This document shows positions 61,648-64,000 of a DNA stretch of 64,000 nt, in pieces. Both the position numbers and the translations under genes were made by a program. The stretch lies in the NCBI GenBank assembly GCA_963822965.1, contig CAWGJT010000005.1:832001-896000 (forward strand), in the 5' to 3' direction. The first letter of the stretch is position 1. Every line of letters starts with the position of its first letter. Below the pieces are notes generated by a model. That model saw only the letters and a list, made by a program, of their open reading frames with translations, did not search any database and was not told the DNA's origin. The stretch comes from an uncultured delta proteobacterium. Its GTDB lineage: Bacteria; Myxococcota_A; UBA9160; UBA4427.

Positions 61648-62165
61648 GTGAAGCTCTCCATCGTCGCCGCCATGAGCGAGAACCGGGTGATCGGACGCGG
61701 GACGGACATTCCGTGGCGTCTGCCCGACGAGCAGGCGGCGGTCCGCCGCCTCACCATGGGCCACTGCCTCATCATGGGACGCAAGACGTGGCAGACGATC
61801 GGCCGGCCGCTGCCCGGACGTACGTCCATCGTCGTGACCCGCGACCGCGACTTCGAGGCCGGCTTCGACGAGGTGATCGTGGTGCACGACTTCGAGTCCG
61901 CCGTCGAGGCGGCGCGCGCGAAGGGCGACGACGAGGCCTTCGTGTTCGGGGGCGAGGCGATCTACGCCGCCGCCCTGCCCCGCGCCGACTCGCCTCTACC
62001 TGACGCGCGTCCACGCGACCGTCGAGGGCGACGCCCGCTTCCCGGACTTCGACGCCGCGAGTGGAAGCTGCGCGACGAGGCCCACCACCCGGCCGACGAC
62101 CGCAACGAGCACGCGTTCACCACCCAGCGCTACGAGGCGACGCGCCGGGCGGAGACGGGCACGCG
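61648..62165 (+). CDS. folA: Dihydrofolate reductase (frameshifted, 3' end approximate)
   Basis: 'IVAAMSENRVIG..IPWRLP', 'IMGRKTW..IGRPLPGR', 'FGGEAIY', 'EGDARFP'. Confidence 0.92.
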
Positions 62166-63008
62166 TCAGCCGGCGCGAGCGCCTCGTCGCAGACGTCGCC
62201 GGTGGCCACGTGCACCACCGGTCCCTGCTGCACGATGCCGCCGTCGGGATCGATCTCGACCGCGAGGCTGCCGCCGCGCATGCGCACGCGACCCGGGCGT
62301 CGCAGCGGCCGAGACGGTGCGCCACGGCCGCCGCCGCGCAGCTGCTCGAGCCCGAGGCCAGGGTGTGACCCGCGCCGCGCTCCCAGATCTCGATCTCGAG
62401 GGTGGCACGATCCCGCACCTGCACGAGCTGCACGTTGGTGCGATTCGGAAAGCGCGGGTCGCGCTCGATCCGCGGCCCGAGCCGCAGGACGTCCTGCTCC
62501 CGAAGCTCGTCCCGCAGGACGACGCAGTGGGGATTGCCGATCGTCGCGGCCGAGAACTCGAGCCGCTCGCCGTCCACCTCGAGCGGTTCGCGCAGCACCT
62601 CCCGCGGCGGTCCGGCCACCGGAATCTCCTCGCTCGCGAAGCTCGCCCGGCCCATCGCGACGCGCACCGCGCGCCCGCCGTCCAGCACCCGGCACTTCAC
62701 GTCGCCACCGGCCGTCCGCACCGGGAAGGCGTCCTCGCCCACCTCGCCGCGGTCCCACAGGTAGCGGGCGAAGATGCGCAGGCCGTTGCCGCTCTTCTCC
62801 GCCTCGGAGCCGTCCGGGATTGAAGATGCGCAGGCGGAAGCGGCCGCGCCTTCGCGTTCGGGCCGCGCAGCAGGATGCCGTCGCTGCCGACGCCCAGGCT
62901 GCGATGGCAGAGGCGCTCGATCGTCGCGGCGGGCAGACCGGCGTCCTCCGGGTCCTCGATCACCAGGTAGTCGTTGCCGAGCCCGTGGTACTTCTCGAAG
63001 GCGATCAT
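62166..63008 (-). CDS. dapF: Diaminopimelate epimerase-like protein, Ser at both catalytic Cys positions (frameshifted)
   Basis: 'KYHGLGNDY', 'GVGSDG', 'EAEKSGNGLR', 'GNPHCV', 'FPNRTNV', 'WERGAGHTLASGSSS'. Confidence 0.85.
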
Positions 63009-63042
63009 GTCCAGGCGACCCGGTCGAAGCGACGGCGCTCCG

Positions 63043-63423
63043 TCAGCTGGAACGACGAGCGCCAGCAGCCGGGGCCCGAAGACCAGCAGGCCGACGACCG
63101 ACGCCGCCACCGCGGCCACCAGCACGGCGCCCGCCGCCGCGTCCTTGGCGGCGCCCACCCGCGGATCGCGCTCGGGATGGGCCGCGTCCGCCAGCAGCTC
63201 GAGGGCCGTGTTGAACGCCTCGGCGGTCCAGACCCCGCCGATCACGATCGCGACGGCGCACCACTCGAGCCGGGTGATGCCCAGGGCGAAGCCCAGCGCC
63301 ACGGCCGCCACGGTCATGACGGCGTGGATCCAGGCGTTGTGCTGCTCCCCGCACGACCACCCACAGGCCGTTCGCCGCGTAGCCGAAGCTGCGGATGCGC
63401 TCGCGCACGTCGAAGCCGGACAT
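63043..63423 (-). CDS. dgkA: Diacylglycerol/undecaprenol kinase family protein (frameshifted)
   Basis: 'SFGYAANGL', 'HNAWIH', 'EAFNTALE..D', 'AKDAAAGAVL'. Confidence 0.85.
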   Translation of the reverse strand: MSGFDVRERIRSFGYAANGLWVVVRGAAQRLDPRRHDRGGRGAGLRPGHHPARVVRRRDRDRRGLDRRGVQHGPRAAGGRGPSRARSAGGRRQGRGGGRRAGGRGGGVGRRPAGLRAPAAGARRSS

Positions 63424-63455
63424 GTCGAGCCACAGGGTACACTCGCCGGCCCCGG

Positions 63456-63947
63456 ATGGGCGGAGCGGAACGATTCGCATCCGGATCTCGGAGCCCAGCG
63501 CCTCGACCTGTGCGAGGGGGGCCGAGTGCTGCGGAGCTACCCCGTCTCGACGGCGCGCGAACGGGCCCGGGGAGCGCCTGGGAAGCGAGTGCACCCCCCG
63601 CGGCGTCCACGTGGTGGCGGAGAAGATCGGGGCGGACGCGGCGCCGGGGACGGTCTTCGTGGGCCGCGTGCCCGACCGGCGAGGTTTGCACCCCCGATCT
63701 CTTCGCCGCGAGCCCCGAACGGGACTGGATCCTCACCCGCATCCTGTGGCTCGGCGGCTGCGAGCCCGACCGCAACCAGGGCGGCGACGTGGACACCCTC
63801 CGGCGCTACGTCTACATCCACGGCTGCCCGGACGCCCTGCCCCTGGGCCAGCCCGACTCCCACGGCTGCGTCCGCATGCACGACCCCGACGTGATCGACC
63901 TCTTCGACCGCGTGGAGGTGGGCACCCGGGTGGAGATCGTGGAGTAG
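63456..63947 (+). CDS. L,D-transpeptidase (YkuD) family protein (frameshifted)
   Basis: 'ILTRILWL.G', 'YVYIHG', 'SHGCVRM'. Confidence 0.85.
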   Translation: MGGAERFASGSRSPAPRPVRGGPSAAELPRLDGARTGPGSAWEASAPPAASTWWRRRSGRTRRRGRSSWAACPTGEVCTPDLFAASPERDWILTRILWLGGCEPDRNQGGDVDTLRRYVYIHGCPDALPLGQPDSHGCVRMHDPDVIDLFDRVEVGTRVEIVE

Positions 63948-64000
63948 CGGCACGGCAGGCTGCTAGTAGTCGAACGTCAGCTGGTGGATCTCGGTCGTCT

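Noticed and set aside
60814..63423. Pseudogene calls for thyA, folA, dapF, dgkA
   Set aside because: Motifs are intact across single indels; more consistent with sequencing error.

Overview
GC-rich bacterial DNA; the gene content suggests a Myxococcota-like organism (inference). Many genes, including housekeeping thyA, folA and dapF, are broken by single-base indels. These look like long-read consensus errors, so I reconstructed genes across frames. The most striking region is 5.3-24 kb, a block with 32 CxxCH heme-c motifs in four cytochromes. It holds an MtrB/PioB-like beta-barrel, a DmsE/MtrA-type decaheme, a ~1400-aa Cys-rich pentaheme lipoprotein and an SH3/tetraheme/helical-spacer/tetraheme protein. 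A convergent operon encodes an FHA-FHA atypical class III cyclase, an FHA-FHA-cNMP-cNMP-FeS protein, a His-bearing membrane protein and a nonaheme fused through one TM helix to a circularly permuted flavin oxidoreductase. I infer a trans-envelope electron conduit tied to phospho-Thr and cyclic-nucleotide signalling. The rest contains an LPP20/LpoB/COG3014/OmpA lipoprotein neighbourhood with a Ser/Thr kinase and a protease, two adjacent IS elements, a dispersed two-hairpin repeat anchored on CTAG stop codons, a Cys-less caspase-like protein, msrPQ, thyA-folA and a dapF with Ser in place of both catalytic Cys. No rRNA, tRNA or CRISPR array was seen.
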